This document shows positions 59,738 to 64,000 of a stretch of 64,000 bases of DNA, in pieces. This stretch comes from Iphione sp. A-MEVVRFRX5 (Eukaryota). The stretch spans positions 40,920,001 to 40,984,000 of the forward strand of contig OZ320314.1 of NCBI GenBank assembly GCA_976226885.1. The letters are read 5' to 3'. The position numbers and the translations under genes are program-made. The first letter of the stretch is position 1, and every line of letters starts with the position of its first letter. The notes under the pieces are model-generated. The model worked only from the letters and a program-made list of their open reading frames with translations, had not been told where the DNA came from and made no database searches.

Positions 59738-61539
59738 TGGAATCGGGGAGAAAAGAAGGGTACAGAATAAAGAAGAAGTCAAAGATATTCAACTATCACC
59801 GTGGGTCCCCCTTACCTGAATTGTATATAGGAAAATAAATTTTCTCCCAAACATTTTATCACTTAAAAAGAAAGAAAATGGAAATAATTAAGGTGTTTCA
59901 GACAATTGTCAGTTGTTTTTTTAGACTTGCTCTAAGTTTCAAAGTTCCAGCTTGAATGTATGTCTTTAGACCGTTGTTTGCCTGTGCACGTGTGTGCGTG
60001 TTCGGTGGGTGGCTGCGATCGAGGAAAATCTTATACTTATCGATATTAATATTTTTGTCCTCCGCCCGCAGATCGCCTCGTTGTGTCTTTTTTCCTCCCC
60101 TCACATAGAGCGGCTTCCTGGTATCAGGAGGTATAGTTTTTCATAGGTTCGTGTTTTATTCATAAAAGCCTGCGTATATAGAAGTGAAGTACTGGAGGCG
60201 TCCAGACAATCAGAAGGCGGCCCATAAGAAGCGGCGGGGCAGCCCGCAGGCGGGAGTTTGTCCTGGTTTTAATGGACATGGAGAGGAGCCGTGTCTTTTT
60301 TATCTGCAGATATGACCAGAAGCTCACTAAATGGAAGAACCCGTCACATAATCAGAACTTCCCTAGGAAACACCCCGGAGATAATAGTCAGGACTGAACA
60401 CAAATACGCTAAGTAAGTCTTTGCAAGGAGCATATAAAGTATGCACTTGTACTCTAGGGCTATTTCCATATTTTCCCACCCGTGTTTTGTGTCGGGTTTC
60501 TATGTGTTTTCGCATACATGTATATTGTTAATCACTGCAGTATTTCCATGCATCCATGCATGTTCGAACAAACACAGATTTGATTTTCAGATTTGAGCAT
60601 GTTCCATTTTTCATATCCATTTTTAGCCTAGAAGTACATGAAAACGGGATTCAGTTAGCACAGAGATGTACAAGAATACACAGTTTTCAAGGTTGAGTCA
60701 TAGAAATTTGCATTAAAAAGGCACAATTTATGCACAAATGGCACAAATTACATGTATATGTACACTAAATCAGCCCCTTTTCCACCAAATTGATGCACAA
60801 ATGGCACAAGTAATATTAAATCCTAATGTGAAAGTGTTTACCCCTCTTTCATATTTAAATTAACAGGTTGGGGAGTTCGTTCACTTTGTAAGAGTGGTGA
60901 CCTAGCACTCGCCCACTGTTCTAGAGGTCACAGGTCTCTTGATCATGACCAGATGCCCACCCAGACAGGTGCACAACTTGTCACAAGGGCTGTGGGTGTA
61001 TAAGATTCTGTCCCTTATGTGTAAAAAAAAAAAGACCCCAGAAAACCTGTTCAAAATTAGGATAGGGGACAACCCTGGATATTCTGGTCTTTCTGTTCTC
61101 AGTAATACGTGTAGATGGTAGTATGCTACCCCAGGAGGATATATGGAAAAACAGCCAAAAAGATAGCTGAATATGTAGTCCCTGGTTAAAGATATGCTGG
61201 AGGAAAAAAAGTGAACCCACGATTAACGGAACAGTTTGACGAGAAAAGCACCTTGTTATGTGAAGTCGGTCCGATTGTACTAGGATGTAGCGATGCTTAT
61301 GACATATAAACATGTACGTGTATATTCACATTGAATGGCAGAATCCAGGCTTATGAATAGCTCGTTCGGAATCTGTTCAGCTCTAAACTAGAGGTCCTTT
61401 GTGGTTTCTCCTCCGACATTGCTTGATGTTGGATGCCCTTCCACGGAGGCGCATATCTGGTCTCGGTTTAAAGGCAGACTTTCAGGTCGAAAGAACACCC
61501 CAGCAGTTGATGCTATCTAAATCGGTGGCTAGATCTCTG

Positions 61540-61780
61540 GCCGCATCACCGCCGCCCTATCGCGCACTAACCGATGGCGTCTTGTTGAAATATTGCGCCT
61601 TCCTTCCGCGCGCATAAATAATCCTTCAGATAACGGCCGCTGATTGGCTGGTCGTGCCCCACGTGAGCTATAGGTCGCCCTCTGTCGACAAAGCGGCGAC
61701 ATTCGGTCGTAATTCCCCCTTGTGTCCGACGCCGGTCACAAATTACCTTCATCCAAGGAGCGAGGCAGCGGAAAGTGAAT
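61540..61780. promoter_or_regulatory. Intronic promoter-like CpG island
   Basis: CTGATTGGCTG (CCAAT box at 61643), E-box CACGTG (61660) and dense CpG. Confidence 0.35.
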
Positions 61781-61907
61781 GATTTGGTCAAGTTTGGTAG
61801 TTAGATCACTGGAAGAATTCCATGTTTTGCCCAAATTTATAGTATTTTGGCTCTGACACGGCTAGCTTAGTTTCTGCAAGAAAATGATCCCCCCCCCTCA
61901 TTTGCGA

Positions 61908-61909
<2 letters not shown>

Positions 61910-61962
<53 letters not shown>

Positions 61963-61972
61963 TGCATGCGTG
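61910..61972. repeat. (TG)n/(TGCG)n repeat
   Basis: Direct reading. Confidence 0.95.
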
Positions 61973-64000
61973 TTCGACACACAGAATCACTGGCTATGTT
62001 CATTGCTTTATTGCATTCATCCCCATGCATAGATAGAGAGAATGATCATATACATGTACATGAATTAGGACGAATGCTATTCTTCTCCTGCTCCATTCTG
62101 AGCCCTTAAATGTATATAAGCACATGGACCCGGAGAGAGATAGTTAGCAACTGTTAAACAGTTAAGTCTATGCACCAGGCCACAAAACTAAATACATGTA
62201 CATGTAGTTGATACTCATCTTAGTGTACCCTTGCTGCCATGTCATCCGCCAGCCAAGAAATGCAGTACCGATATGCTCATTAATGAAATTGAGGAAACAG
62301 AGGCGCAAATTGTCGGCAAAACGAGCGAACAGGCAAGGTGCTTAGTAGTACTTGGAGGAGGAAGCTGTCGCGATGCCAACCAGTGTAGACCTCACTGGCA
62401 GGTGAGGGATGGGACGTGGTTTTAGGGGGAGATCTCTTGTAGTTCTCCCAGGGATTCTCCAGTATGTGAACTGACAGATCAGCAAGATTGGACATGGATG
62501 AATGGGCTCGTTAATGGCTGAGTTCGTGTCAGGTTGTCCGTGTAGCAAACGATTTATAGACGACCTCTGTATGGGAAATATATAATGAACTTGATCACCT
62601 ACATCGCAGCATCTAATACTGTATTATCAGATGCTCATAACGACGTGCAGTATATAATTAACTGGTGAGCAAAATCTAAGAGGTAAGCAGGTGTATTCGT
62701 CACATGGATGCCAGACCTGTTATCAGATCGGTGGCAAACCATGTACCATAACTAATATATCCCATTTGTCATACGTAATATTTTCCTCCCGGGATTGACT
62801 TGTTTATAAAGAGTTTCATACACATCTTCATGGACGTTAATACCGTACAATCCTCCCCTTGAGGGGCTACCGATGTCGAGATGAATTTGGGAAATCACAG
62901 ATGATTTAAAGTTGCTACAACAATGTCCTACTGGTACCAATGAGCATAGCTCAGCTGGGACTCTGCGGGGGTTCACCGCCTGGTTAAATTTATTAGTATG
63001 ACCTCAACACCTAAGCGCGGTAATGCGACCCCCTTCCTCCCAAAAAAAGGAAAAGGAAAAAAAGGTCACAATTTATGCAGGTGAATAACATTTAGATTCC
63101 TATCGGGAAATAGTTTTAAGAAAATAGTGCACAGGAATTTCGTCTTCCCAGATGCTGTTTTCTAATTGGTGCGAGGTAGTAATAGTGTGCTAGGGTTTAC
63201 GAGTTCTGTCAATGAAACTGTATAATATCTGTAACACTCGAGGGGTTATTTTGCAATTTCAAATACTCTGACACGGAAGGGTGAACAGATATAAATCAGG
63301 TGTGTTAGGTATTACTTATACTTTGACTGGAAGTACAGATTGTGAACTGGAACACCTTTTTTGGGGTTAAAGGTACGTTCAACTTTAGCATTGTGACCAT
63401 TGTTAGAGTATGCCGATTGAGTTCAGGGAGATACATGCTGTCGGTAGATTGTCCACATGTTCAGTCTTGTACTGTCTGCAGTGTGTGTGATCACCGACTG
63501 TTCGTATAAGCCTCTAGTTCTCTACCTTTAGTAGTCTGTGCAGTAGAACGGTCGCTGATAGAGGTGATCAGAAATGTAGGCTCTTCCAGAACTTTGCCTG
63601 GGCATGAGCATCATACATGTATTAGAATCATTTCATAGCGACATGTTAAACCATAGTGCATCATCCCTGTGTCTTTTCTTCCGAACAACAGATAAGCAGG
63701 TGTCTGTGGTTACGATTCTCGACTTCTAATTTCAACTGTTCGCTGACCCTTTGATCGTCGTTCTGTGAGAGAACTTGTACTCTGGGGGTTCAGTAATAAG
63801 CCCTTGTAGAAGCCTACCCTCTCTGAACGCACAGCCAAACAGATAGGTCCAGACAGGAGTAGTTGCGAACCATGGAAATATGTTTTTATGCATTTCCTCT
63901 GAAACCTTTCCTCTTTGCCTCATTTTTATTGTCAGGCATATCCGTGTACCATAAAATGTAACAAGAATTCTCATTTCCAGCGCACTTACCAACGTTTAAT

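Noticed and set aside
36403-62976. Tyr-motif peptides on the minus strand (SYDQA, YDYIQQYE, HYENY, DVYETL)
   Set aside because: YE/YD words occur hundreds of times by chance in 64 kb of TA-rich DNA, and these blocks lack convincing splice sites.
1-64000. CRISPR arrays, rRNA genes, endogenous viral ORFs, prokaryotic operons
   Set aside because: None seen: no regularly spaced repeats with unique spacers, and no long ORF other than the LINE RT.

Overview
Eukaryotic, gene-poor, AT-rich draft-assembly DNA with 12 N-gaps, many next to microsatellites. The GC3-rich coding exon, the repeat types and the abundant TACATGTA octamer suggest a marine invertebrate, possibly amphioxus-like; this is inference. 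The only confidently recognisable host coding sequence is the first coding exon (47204-47362, +) of a LAP-family gene of the ERBIN/LRRC7(Densin-180)/Lap1 type. I found no second LRR exon, so the last ~16.6 kb is probably intron. The ~46 kb upstream looks like 5'UTR introns or intergenic DNA with several CpG-rich promoter-like islands. Mobile DNA includes a 5'-truncated L2/CR1-group LINE with an uninterrupted 545-aa RT frame and poly(A) tail, four diverged PIF/Harbinger-type MITEs (two with intact TTA/TAA TSDs), fragments of CAGT...ACTG (Tc1/pogo-type) MITEs, and a decayed tRNA-derived SINE. The most interesting observations are (1) a minimal type I hammerhead ribozyme of the Penelope-LTR kind at 33957-34005, and (2) at least 45 copies of TACATGTA, which matches a Tc1-type excision footprint. 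I see no viral, CRISPR, rRNA or intact tRNA gene, and nothing I can call a clearly new multi-gene system. Most listed ORFs are noise from simple repeats, N-gaps or alternative start codons.
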